Shown: in pieces, positions 27,474 through 35,971 of the stretch
Numbering within the stretch: position 1 is the stretch's first letter
How the letters are laid out: every line of letters starts with the position of its first letter
Assembly: GCA_033762115.1 (NCBI GenBank)
Contig: JANRLX010000009.1
Span: 1 to 37,801, forward strand
From: Verrucomicrobiota bacterium
GTDB lineage: Bacteria; Verrucomicrobiota; Verrucomicrobiia; Limisphaerales; SXQI01
Direction: 5' to 3'
DNA: 37,801 nt
Position numbers and translations under genes: made by a program
Notes under the pieces: generated by a model
Seen by the model: the letters and a program-made list of their open reading frames with translations, nothing else
What the model was told of the DNA's origin: nothing
The model's database searches: none

Positions 27474-28202
27474 TTGAACGAAGATTCTCCACGCCCCAGA
27501 ATTACTATTAATTGCGCGATTTCAGCGGATGGAAAGCTTGCGCCCGATAATCGTCAATTTACGCCGTTTACCTCTACTTACGACCATCACCTGCTTTTTC
27601 AGCTCAGGGCGCAAGCAGATGCTGTCATGGCCGGAGCTCGAACGGCAGAATCAAGCAACGTCACCATGGGAATCGGCGGTAAAAAATATGCAGCGCTCCG
27701 TAAAAAAAACAAACTCCGCCCCGAACACCTGCGCATTCTGGTTTCCGGAAGTGGCAGTCTGAATTCCAGGGCGGATATTTTTAAGGATCGTTCACTGCCG
27801 ATCCTTCTGCTGACCACTGCCAAAGCGCCCGCAATCAGGTTAAAGGCACTCAAATCTGTCGTTGATGAAATTGCTGTTTTTGGGGAAAAAACGGTCGATT
27901 GGCTAAAAGCATTGGATTGGCTTTATCGAAAGCATCAGGTGAAGCATCTTCTCTGTGAAGGAGGAGGTGGGTTGAATGCTGAACTATTTCGGCATGGGCT
28001 GGTTAATGAGCTTTATCTGACAATTGCGCCTGTCCTGATTGGTGGAAGGAAGGCTCCCACCCTAGCTGATGGGACTGGAATTCATTCGCTCGAAAAAGCC
28101 ATTCCACTTTTGCCTTTGAAATGGCAGATACGAAAAGGCGAATTGTTTGCCCGATTTCAGGTTAACAGCGGGAACTCCGTGCCAGCCACCAGGTCCCGAT
28201 AA
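27474..28202 (+). CDS. Stand-alone RibD C-terminal reductase (DHFR-like fold)
   Basis: AISADGKL, LRAQADAVMAGART, LLCEGGGGLN and IAPVLIGG. No deaminase domain; TTG start uncertain. Confidence 0.85.
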   Translation: MNEDSPRPRITINCAISADGKLAPDNRQFTPFTSTYDHHLLFQLRAQADAVMAGARTAESSNVTMGIGGKKYAALRKKNKLRPEHLRILVSGSGSLNSRADIFKDRSLPILLLTTAKAPAIRLKALKSVVDEIAVFGEKTVDWLKALDWLYRKHQVKHLLCEGGGGLNAELFRHGLVNELYLTIAPVLIGGRKAPTLADGTGIHSLEKAIPLLPLKWQIRKGELFARFQVNSGNSVPATRSR

Positions 28203-28449
28203 AAATTCCGAGTAATGAGGCAGCAATGCACCCGGACATGACCAGATGACCCCTTGGCATATCAGCCCCGGGGAGGGTAACCTCAGTGGTGGTAACAAGC
28301 GAGACAGAGGACCGGGGCTTGACCGTTTGCAATTGGAAAAGGCGAGAGCCTTTACTGGAATAAGAAGCCACTGAAGGCGCCGCGATAATTCCTGCAAACC
28401 CAATAAATATCAGCAACCAGGCACAAACACGGGAGCGGACGGGCGACAT
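28162..28449 (-). CDS. Hypothetical small membrane protein (two hydrophobic segments)
   Basis: A 95-aa ORF filling an otherwise empty gap, with N- and C-terminal TM-like stretches. It overlaps the ribD-like 3' end by 41 bp. Confidence 0.55.
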   Translation of the reverse strand: MSPVRSRVCAWLLIFIGFAGIIAAPSVASYSSKGSRLFQLQTVKPRSSVSLVTTTEVTLPGADMPRGHLVMSGCIAASLLGIFIGTWWLARSSRC

Positions 28450-28534
28450 TTCATTAGTTTGCCCTAATTTCTTTCATCTTCAAGCGGTTGTTAAATGCTT
28501 GACGGTAAGGAGGATTTTGATTGCATGGGGACCG

Positions 28535-28915
28535 ATGAAGAAAAATTTGATTGGGTTGCTTGCCGCTGTTGCCCTGGCAGGCGTCTCGACCGGCTGTTTT
28601 AATACTGCGGATGGCCGAACAAAGATCGGGGTCCCCTTTGCCAAGGACCAGATCGAAAGCCGCTATGAAAGGCCAGTGGACCAGATCTTTGCCGCTGCCA
28701 AGGAAGTGCTAAAATTCAACGGTACTCTCTACGGCGAAAATACCATCAGCAAAACGCTGGAAGCGAAAATTGATACGCGCACGGTCTGGATTTCGGTGGA
28801 CGAAGTAGAACCAAAGATTGCCCGCGTGGTGGTTCAGGCACGAAAAAAGAACCGGGCTGCGGATGTCGATCTCGCTGCGGAAATTGATAAACAGATCGCT
28901 TTACGGTTGCGCTGA
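28535..28915 (+). CDS. Lipoprotein, DUF3568-like
   Basis: MKKNLIGLLAAVALAGVSTG-C lipobox, plus YERPVDQIFAAAKEVL and a compact alpha/beta body. Confidence 0.7.
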   Translation: MKKNLIGLLAAVALAGVSTGCFNTADGRTKIGVPFAKDQIESRYERPVDQIFAAAKEVLKFNGTLYGENTISKTLEAKIDTRTVWISVDEVEPKIARVVVQARKKNRAADVDLAAEIDKQIALRLR

Positions 28916-30115
28916 TCCGGAGTTCAAACCGATATTTTTTGGATACGAGCCAAGCTGAATAGCCTGGCTCGTTTTTTTGGGTTTCACCTCTCGCCCCAGG
29001 CTGGCAATTCGTTTTTCAGCATTCGAAGCAGCCGCAGACCTGGGGTATTTTTCGATGATCCGTTCAAGTGCTGCCCTGGCTTTTGGAACGTTCCCCTCCA
29101 TTTTAATGTGAAAATCAGCGATCAGGTTGAGCCAGCCGACCACATGCTTTGGTTGCTGGTGCGGCACGGAAATAAGTTGCTCTATCTGATCCAGGGCCAG
29201 TTCCAGACGGCCATAATGATCCACATAAATTCGAGCCAGCTGTTCTCTTGCTTCATTATCCAATGGGTGCTCCCGCAGATGGTCAACAAGCTGCCGCGCA
29301 ATGTCCTCAGGGTTCTCCGTTGGAGGAGGTGGAATAGTTTTTCCCAACAATCCCAGGTTCTCTTCATGTCTGGTCACCGTAATTTTTCTAGGCTGATTTT
29401 TTTCCAGAATGAACTCTTCGGTGCCCAGGTGGGCAAGGCGTTGTGCAGCCAATTGGGATTGTTCCGAGTTGGGAAGCAGTTCACCAATTCGTTCGAGGGC
29501 CATTTTTGCCGCAGCCCTGTCCTGGCTAAACTTTAAATGCCAGTCAGCAGATCGGCTCAATGCGTAGGCAATATTTTTTGGAGCGTGCTCGGGATGACGT
29601 AAAATTCGTTCAATTGTTTCCTGCGCACTGAAGACATCATTCAAATTTTCAGCCTGTATTTCAGCGATAGTCATCCAACCTTGAAAATCTTCCGGAAAAC
29701 GGAGCAGTTGCTCGCGAATTAAAGCAATGGATTCGGTGTAAAGCCCCTGTTTCCGCTTGGATTCCGCAATGGAATAGTAAGGCCGAGCTTCAGGCTCGAC
29801 ACTACCCCCATCATAAAGCCCGGTAAAAAGGGTGCTGAGTGCGGCACCAAGATGCGGAGCCCAGAGTATTCCCATGATAAGACCGCACACTGCCGCTGTG
29901 ATCGGGACGATAAAAGCAGAACCCATGTCGTCCAATCCAGAAGTAGCAGCGGTATAAAGACAAAAACCGGCCAGGATTGCTGTAATCACCCATTTCCAAA
30001 TGATCCGTAAGGGATCTTCGGATTTTTTTAAACAGCGGAATGCCACATACGCAATCAGCACGCAGGAAGTAGCCATTAACAGGAATCCGAATAGCAATTG
30101 GAGAAAGCGTGTCAT
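28901..30115 (-). CDS. Three-TM membrane protein with a duplicated TPR-like module
   Basis: Three N-terminal hydrophobic helices, then two related modules of about 110 aa ending LPNSEQSQLAAQRL and YPRSAAASNAEKRI. Confidence 0.75.
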   Translation of the reverse strand: MTRFLQLLFGFLLMATSCVLIAYVAFRCLKKSEDPLRIIWKWVITAILAGFCLYTAATSGLDDMGSAFIVPITAAVCGLIMGILWAPHLGAALSTLFTGLYDGGSVEPEARPYYSIAESKRKQGLYTESIALIREQLLRFPEDFQGWMTIAEIQAENLNDVFSAQETIERILRHPEHAPKNIAYALSRSADWHLKFSQDRAAAKMALERIGELLPNSEQSQLAAQRLAHLGTEEFILEKNQPRKITVTRHEENLGLLGKTIPPPPTENPEDIARQLVDHLREHPLDNEAREQLARIYVDHYGRLELALDQIEQLISVPHQQPKHVVGWLNLIADFHIKMEGNVPKARAALERIIEKYPRSAAASNAEKRIASLGREVKPKKTSQAIQLGSYPKNIGLNSGSAQP

Positions 30116-30257
30116 TCAAGGCGTCCCAACTCACGATACTGCTGTATCACCAAGCTTGGACATTTCCAGTTAAAATTGATCACGCAAAGTTTGTAACTTA
30201 TAAAATAGGCTGTGGGTTGTAATAGCAGCAAATTCAGAAACAGAGACAATAGCTCTT

Positions 30258-30659
30258 ATGAATGGAAAGAATACACACAGCAAGGGACTTGGGTATCTTC
30301 TTTGGATTTTTGGTTTCACCGGTTCTCACCGGTTTTATTATGGGAGACCGATCACCGGGACAATCTGGCTCTTTACTGGAGGGCTCTGCCTGATTGGCTG
30401 GATTGTCGATTTGTTTCTCATTCCCTCAATGGACCGGAGTGCTGACCGAAAGTATGTGGAAGGTAGCCGTGATTACTCTGTTACCTGGTTACTCCTCACC
30501 TTTTTGGGCCTTTTGGGAGCACACCGATTTTACCTGGGAAAAATAGGTACAGGTATTCTCTGGCTGCTTACATTAGGCCTTTTTGGAATCGGTATCCTTT
30601 ACGATTTTTGGACATTAAATGAGCAGATTGCCAGGGTGAATAGCAGCGCCGCTCGATAA
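30258..30659 (+). CDS. TM2-domain (NINE) membrane protein with two TM2 repeats
   Basis: FGFTGSHRFYYG...WLFTGGLCLIGWIVD and LGLLGAHRFYLGK...WLLTLGLFGIGILYD. Confidence 0.9.
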   Translation: MNGKNTHSKGLGYLLWIFGFTGSHRFYYGRPITGTIWLFTGGLCLIGWIVDLFLIPSMDRSADRKYVEGSRDYSVTWLLLTFLGLLGAHRFYLGKIGTGILWLLTLGLFGIGILYDFWTLNEQIARVNSSAAR

Positions 30660-30665
30660 CAGGGT

Positions 30666-30695
30666 AAGCTGCGGCAGTGTTCCCTGCCGCAGCTT
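30666..30695. terminator. Stem-loop between convergent genes (possible bidirectional terminator)
   Basis: Perfect 12-bp inverted repeat AAGCTGCGGCAG-TGTTCC-CTGCCGCAGCTT with only short U tails. Confidence 0.55.
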
Positions 30696-30716
30696 GAGGT
30701 CCGCTCCCAACTATTT

Positions 30717-33689
30717 TTAAAAATGAGGAGAATCCTTTTTCCCAGCTGCTTCGATGAAAGCCAACATATCCAAAATTTCTTCAGCGGACAGGACATTGAC
30801 CAACCCTTCGGGCATGCTTGAGAGCTTTGCCGGTTCTTTTTTCTGGATTTCAGATTTTTTGACCTCGGCACGAACATTCGCCAAGGCGTTCACCATGACG
30901 ATCAATCGTGTTTCATTTTCTTCGAGGACTCGACCGGTGACCTCTTCATCGTTTTTCAGAAAAAACCTGGTGTCCTGATATTGCTCTGAAACGACTTTTG
31001 ATGGTTCAACGATGGATTCAAGGAGGTCCCGGCGGGTGAAGCGGCTTGATACCGCTGTAATATCCGGACCAACAGCGCCTCCTTCATTGCCAAAGCGATG
31101 ACAGCTCAGGCATTGAGCTGCAACGAATGCTTCGCGACCGCGATCGTAAGAGCGCCCGGAACCCACTTTGTCCAATTGAGGAACAAGATCATCCACCTTC
31201 CATTCTTTTACGAAAGCTCGTTCCTTTGCTTTGGTAACGGGTTTGGCTGCATCACCTGTTATCAAACCGGCAAGCTCAGCCCGCTCATTGTCACTCAATG
31301 CAGCCACGGCATCCTTGCGCATATTCTGCAGAAACTTGGGAAAACTCGCCCCATTTCCGTAATCTCGTCCAGCCTCGATAAAGGCGGAAACGAGAGACTC
31401 AGGATGCCTGGCCTGGGAATGGTCTTTCTGGAACCAAGAGAAATATTCTCGGCGTTGATCCATGGTCCAGCCTTCTTTCAGATGACGAAGGTGAAACACA
31501 TAACTGACCTGCTCTTCGAAAGTAGGAGCGTGCCTGATCAGATTCAGCGTTTTTTCAATAACGCCGGGAGCTTTTAAATAAATCATTACCTGAACCAGCT
31601 CACGATTCAGTTCGGCGCTTGTAGATGGATAAATTGGATTCAGGACATTCAGAATTCCTTCCCTCAAACTCGCATCCGGAGATCCCAATCGAATGAAAGC
31701 AAGGCTCAGCGCTCTCAGGCTTTCAAGACTTTGCTCGATCGGCAGATCGGGATACGATGGAGTGCCAAGACGTTCGGCTAGTGCCGGTAAGTCCTGCGGT
31801 TCCCCATTGCGAGCAAGGGCTGTCATCAAAGTGATCAAGGCATAAGGGTTCTCCTCTTCCAGCGCTTTGTTTTTCCAAAGCGAAACGTCCTGACTTTCAA
31901 TGGCGATTCGTGCCGCATATCGAATCCAGCGATCTTTGCTGCGAAGGTGCGGCCATGCATAATCAATTGCAGCAGGATCTTTTTTGCCATGGAAGCTCTC
32001 GAGCTTTTTGCGCAAGGCACGGGCTTCCGCGTGTTCATCAGAAGCAGTTTTGGAAGCCACCCCGGTCTTTTCATTTCCGACATAACTGACCCGGTAAAGC
32101 CCTGACTGAGTTCCTCGTCCACCAGTCATGAAGTAAAGGGCGCCGTCATGCCCCACCTCCATATCGGTGACATTAAGCGGTTTTCCTTTAATGAAAGTTT
32201 CCATGCTGCCGCTGTAAGTCGCTCCTTTGGAATCAAGGTGGATTGCAAAAATGCGTCCATAAGTCCATTCCATCGCAAAGAGGGCGCGCTGATATTTTTC
32301 GGGGAATTTGGCTCCAGTCCCAAATTTCACACCTGTAGGAGAACCGATCCCCATTTCAATGACAGGCGGAAGGGCATCCTGGTACCAGGTTGGAAATTTT
32401 GCCGTTCCCTCTCGAAAACCGTAATCTCCTCCAGAAACCAAATGATAAATACGAGTCTGGCGATACCAGGGCATGCCCCAGTCCCATTCCATATCACTAT
32501 CATAGGTGAACATCTCTCCATCCTGGTTGAAATCGAAATCATAGGCATTTCGCATTCCACCGGCCACCATCTCCCAATGCTTTCCGTCAGGATCAGTGCG
32601 AAGAATGAAACCGCCAGGGGGCTTGATTCCCACGCCAAATCCATTCCCATCTTCAGCCCTTGGAAGCAGTTGGTCCTCGGCGTAATTGCGATGTGGTGAC
32701 GAGGCGGCGAGATCACCTGGAACATGCACAAAATTCCCGTGTATATAGTAGAGCATTTTATCAGGCCCCATCACCAGGGCATGGGAACCATGCTCTCCCC
32801 CCGCGCCATCAAATTTCTTCAAAAGTGAAACTTTATCCAGTTTGTCGTCACCATTTTCATCGAATACTCGATAAAGGCCGAGCCCTTCCGGCCCCGCGCC
32901 ACTTACATAAAGGCTGTCAAAAGCCCACAATAAGCCCATCGCTCCGCCAAGTGGAAGCTGATCAAGAATTTCGACTGTTTTCACCTGCCCAGCGGAATCC
33001 AGGGAAACCCGAAGCAAATTGCCACGACCTTCCTGAGGAGAAATAATCAACCGACCTTTTGCGTCAATTGTCATGGCAACCCAGGAACCCTCATTCTGTG
33101 ATGAACGCACCAATTCTACCTTAAAACCGGGCAATGTGGTGATTGATTCGGCAGGAGTTGCTGTTTTTGGTGCAAAAATGTCTCCCCAAGGCTTAATTCC
33201 AATTTTTCCAAGGCTCACAGCGCTGTTCCATTGAGACGCATTGAAATCAGATTTTTCAAACCCGGATTGATCTCCTTTGAGGGCTTTCCATGAACTATCC
33301 GTTGCGATGGTTTCCTGCGTTCCGTCAGCGTAAGTTAAACGCAGCCGCGCGATCAAAGCTCCTGGACCTCCTTCGTTTCGGGCACGAAAAGCCAGCAGAT
33401 TTTCACCTTCGCGGATTTTTTGGCGAATATTTATCCCACTCGGGTCGTTCCAGGCTTTGTTCTCCCCAATCTGCGTTCCGTTCAAGAATGCCACTGCGGA
33501 ATTATCAGCTGCGTAAGCAAGCTCAGCGCGGGTGACAGCCTGTTTGATCACGAATGTGCGTCGGAGCAGCGCTATATCACCCTCAGCTTCGGTTTTTGAG
33601 TGCCAAATCCACTCTGGAGTTTGAGCAATGAGTGTCGAGGTTGTAATCAACAGAGCAAAGAAGAGCGAGAAGCGAGATTTTGAGATCAT
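30717..33689 (-). CDS. PVC-type heme-binding (CxxCH) protein: carbohydrate-binding-like N-domain, dehydrogenase-like beta-propeller, HEAT repeats, cytochrome c domain
   Basis: Signal peptide; EWIW...LRRTF...ADN...LNG beta-sandwich; TLPGFKVELV, GEHGSH, GMRNAYD, YDSDMEWD, GSPTG; C-terminal CLSCH...GPDIT...SIVEPS...SSMPEGL. Confidence 0.85.
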   Translation of the reverse strand: MISKSRFSLFFALLITTSTLIAQTPEWIWHSKTEAEGDIALLRRTFVIKQAVTRAELAYAADNSAVAFLNGTQIGENKAWNDPSGINIRQKIREGENLLAFRARNEGGPGALIARLRLTYADGTQETIATDSSWKALKGDQSGFEKSDFNASQWNSAVSLGKIGIKPWGDIFAPKTATPAESITTLPGFKVELVRSSQNEGSWVAMTIDAKGRLIISPQEGRGNLLRVSLDSAGQVKTVEILDQLPLGGAMGLLWAFDSLYVSGAGPEGLGLYRVFDENGDDKLDKVSLLKKFDGAGGEHGSHALVMGPDKMLYYIHGNFVHVPGDLAASSPHRNYAEDQLLPRAEDGNGFGVGIKPPGGFILRTDPDGKHWEMVAGGMRNAYDFDFNQDGEMFTYDSDMEWDWGMPWYRQTRIYHLVSGGDYGFREGTAKFPTWYQDALPPVIEMGIGSPTGVKFGTGAKFPEKYQRALFAMEWTYGRIFAIHLDSKGATYSGSMETFIKGKPLNVTDMEVGHDGALYFMTGGRGTQSGLYRVSYVGNEKTGVASKTASDEHAEARALRKKLESFHGKKDPAAIDYAWPHLRSKDRWIRYAARIAIESQDVSLWKNKALEEENPYALITLMTALARNGEPQDLPALAERLGTPSYPDLPIEQSLESLRALSLAFIRLGSPDASLREGILNVLNPIYPSTSAELNRELVQVMIYLKAPGVIEKTLNLIRHAPTFEEQVSYVFHLRHLKEGWTMDQRREYFSWFQKDHSQARHPESLVSAFIEAGRDYGNGASFPKFLQNMRKDAVAALSDNERAELAGLITGDAAKPVTKAKERAFVKEWKVDDLVPQLDKVGSGRSYDRGREAFVAAQCLSCHRFGNEGGAVGPDITAVSSRFTRRDLLESIVEPSKVVSEQYQDTRFFLKNDEEVTGRVLEENETRLIVMVNALANVRAEVKKSEIQKKEPAKLSSMPEGLVNVLSAEEILDMLAFIEAAGKKDSPHF

Positions 33690-33761
33690 GCGTACGTAAC
33701 GGTGAACTTCATTTGAGAATAGAAGTTACCCCTTGACCGCTCAAGGCAAAACCACAGAACC

Positions 33762-34157
33762 TTATACGAGCCGCTTCATAAATCGGAGGCAGTTGCGACC
33801 TTCCTTGCGCTCATAGCTGAGTTCGTTGACTAAAGAATGGATCATAAAAAGCCCGCGTCCAGTCTCCGCATCGATTGGCGGAAGTTTAAATTCCTCCGGC
33901 CATGGAATCGGGGTATTGAAATCCAATACCCTGACCTCCACCAAAGTTTCGGAGCACACGACTTCGACGTTGACCTCGGGTGAATTGCGAGAAATCCGAT
34001 GCACCACAGCATTATTGCAGGCTTCCACTAACGCCAGCTCACATTCTTGAATGATCCTTTTGGGAACCTGCTGGCGTGACAGAAAAGCTTTAACCTCTTC
34101 GGCCACTGCACGGACTTGCGGCAGTTCGGACGGAAAAGTCAGGTCAAGACGCGCCAC
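33762..34157 (-). CDS. RsbW/SpoIIAB-like anti-sigma factor kinase (HATPase_c_2)
   Basis: N box ELALVEACNNAVVH and G2 box ETGRGLFMIHSLVNE. The G1 box reads VLDFN instead of DxG. Confidence 0.85.
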   Translation of the reverse strand: MARLDLTFPSELPQVRAVAEEVKAFLSRQQVPKRIIQECELALVEACNNAVVHRISRNSPEVNVEVVCSETLVEVRVLDFNTPIPWPEEFKLPPIDAETGRGLFMIHSLVNELSYERKEGRNCLRFMKRLV

Positions 34158-34163
34158 TTGGGA

Positions 34164-34192
34164 GATATCGCAAGCTGAAGAAATGCTGTCAA
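34164..34192 (-). promoter_or_regulatory. Candidate sigma-70 promoter of the anti-sigma gene (leaderless architecture)
   Basis: TTGACA-N17-GATATC, 6 nt before the GTG start. Confidence 0.45.
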
Positions 34193-34200
34193 CTTCCCCT

Positions 34201-35946
34201 TCAGTTCAGGGAAGTATTAAGCGCATTGATTCGGGTTAATGCCTGGGTTACCAGTCGCTTTTCCTCTGGAAGGAGCCTTGCTGATTTCGCTGCCTCAAGG
34301 TAATCACGCGCCTCTTTTGGGTTATTGTTGGCGAGCAGCACCAGGCCATAGTAGGTGGAAATTCCAGGGTCCTTGAGTTCGTCCTGAGACATTCCTTTAA
34401 AAACATTCAATGCCGCCTGAGTTCGTCCCTGGTGGAGGAGAGCATAGGCGTAAGTGGATAAAACAATCGGATTTTTTGGATTTCGCTTATAAACCTCCAA
34501 AGCTGCTGCATAAGCCTCCTCCAACCGAACATTTTGAAGTAATGCAAGGATCGCAAAATTATTTTTTGCCAGGATATCTGACGGGTCGATTTCCAATACC
34601 CGAAGAGTCACCCGAAACAAATTTTCCGTTTGTTCGAGGGCAAGATATTGTGCGTAAAGCGCATCCAGAGCCCAACGGTTGTTCGTTTCCGCGGAAGCAA
34701 TTGTCCAGAGCAGTTCCTCCCGTTCAGTTTCCCAGTTCCAGGCCGCACTTATCTGGGCGAGGAGTGTGGTGGTTTTCGGATTTTCGGCAGCAGCAACAAT
34801 GGCTTTTTCCCAATGTATCTTGAAATCGTCCACAACACCCTTTTCACGAGCCATACGAGCAAGGAACGCCTGCCGCAGGAACTCCATTTTTTCCCAATCA
34901 GAGTCATCCAAAAATTTGGTCATGGCAACCCAATCAGCCCCGGCCGCATACGCACTACCCAATACAAAACGAATTTGAGGAGTGGTTCTGAATTCATCCG
35001 GCTGTGGTTCAAGCCATTGAAGGACCTCCCGGTAAAGACCCTGGTCCAGCATCCATTTTGACAATGTCAAAGTGAGTTCGGGGTCAGTCCCGCATTCATT
35101 CTGTAATTCCTTAAGGCGCGTTGCGGCTTCGGGCCTGTCTGCTTTCCTCAGAAGTGCGAGGTTTTGTATTCGGTCTGTAAACCTGCACTCACGTTCGCTG
35201 GAAAGTTCAGCGGAATAGGCGAGCGCCTGCTGAAAATCACCACGATTAATTTCAGCGGAAATCAAGGCCCTGAGCGCACCGGGCCTGAAGCTGGAATTGT
35301 TCAGCAACCGGTCCAGAGTTTGCCGCGCCTTTTCACGGTCCTGGTCCCGTTTTGAGTGAATATGGATTAAAGCAAGGTTATACTGATAGGCATCGTTCCT
35401 GGGTTCGAGATTTAAAGCCTGGCTTGCATGATATTCCGCTTTGAACATCTGGTTGCGGGCGATTGCAATCGAAGCAGCGAGATGGTGGTAGGCGGCAGTG
35501 CGACGGCCCTCCTCGTCAATGGAAGCCAGACCATCCGCAGCCAATGAAATATCCCCTTGTTGGAGCGCGGTTTGAATCCAATTAATTCGATGCTTTAAAA
35601 AACGTGGCTCGAGCTGGACCAGCCTTTGACGCCAAATCAAGGCATAGGGGGATTGCGTCAAATCAGCCAGATCCGCCATCAAATTCGAAGCATCGACGTT
35701 TCTGGGATTCTCCTCCAAAATTTGTCGAAGGCAAAGGGTGGCGTTTCTGTAATCCCGTTTCTCAATATAATTGCGAGCAGACTTCAGGAGGAATGTGGTC
35801 CGGAGATGTGGATAAACAAGCAGAGCAAAGGCAACAATCAAGAGGATCGCCGCAATGAAGCTCCCCAGGAGTATATATTTGCGCCGTTTCAGTTCAGGAT
35901 TATTATCATCCTGCATTCGGGTGGCTGAGCTTAACTCATTTTGCAT
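34201..35946 (-). CDS. Membrane-anchored TPR-repeat protein (PrsT-like, exosortase-adjacent)
   Basis: Basic patch plus TM helix, then many TPR-like repeats (LEENPRNVDA, LNLEPRN, LEIDPSD, NPKNP). Alternative start at 35916. Confidence 0.75.
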   Translation of the reverse strand: MQNELSSATRMQDDNNPELKRRKYILLGSFIAAILLIVAFALLVYPHLRTTFLLKSARNYIEKRDYRNATLCLRQILEENPRNVDASNLMADLADLTQSPYALIWRQRLVQLEPRFLKHRINWIQTALQQGDISLAADGLASIDEEGRRTAAYHHLAASIAIARNQMFKAEYHASQALNLEPRNDAYQYNLALIHIHSKRDQDREKARQTLDRLLNNSSFRPGALRALISAEINRGDFQQALAYSAELSSERECRFTDRIQNLALLRKADRPEAATRLKELQNECGTDPELTLTLSKWMLDQGLYREVLQWLEPQPDEFRTTPQIRFVLGSAYAAGADWVAMTKFLDDSDWEKMEFLRQAFLARMAREKGVVDDFKIHWEKAIVAAAENPKTTTLLAQISAAWNWETEREELLWTIASAETNNRWALDALYAQYLALEQTENLFRVTLRVLEIDPSDILAKNNFAILALLQNVRLEEAYAAALEVYKRNPKNPIVLSTYAYALLHQGRTQAALNVFKGMSQDELKDPGISTYYGLVLLANNNPKEARDYLEAAKSARLLPEEKRLVTQALTRINALNTSLN

Positions 35947-35971
35947 TCGAATTCATCCGATTAACTGATAT

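Noticed and set aside
28162..28449. Small membrane protein as an exosortase substrate
   Set aside because: It has a C-terminal TM helix and Arg residues but no PEP or VPDSG-like motif before the helix.
33686..33712. 8-codon upstream ORF (MKFTVTYA*) overlapping the heme-protein start
   Set aside because: Its ATG is only 3 nt after the candidate -10 (TATTCT), so it probably lies before the TSS. Too short to support.
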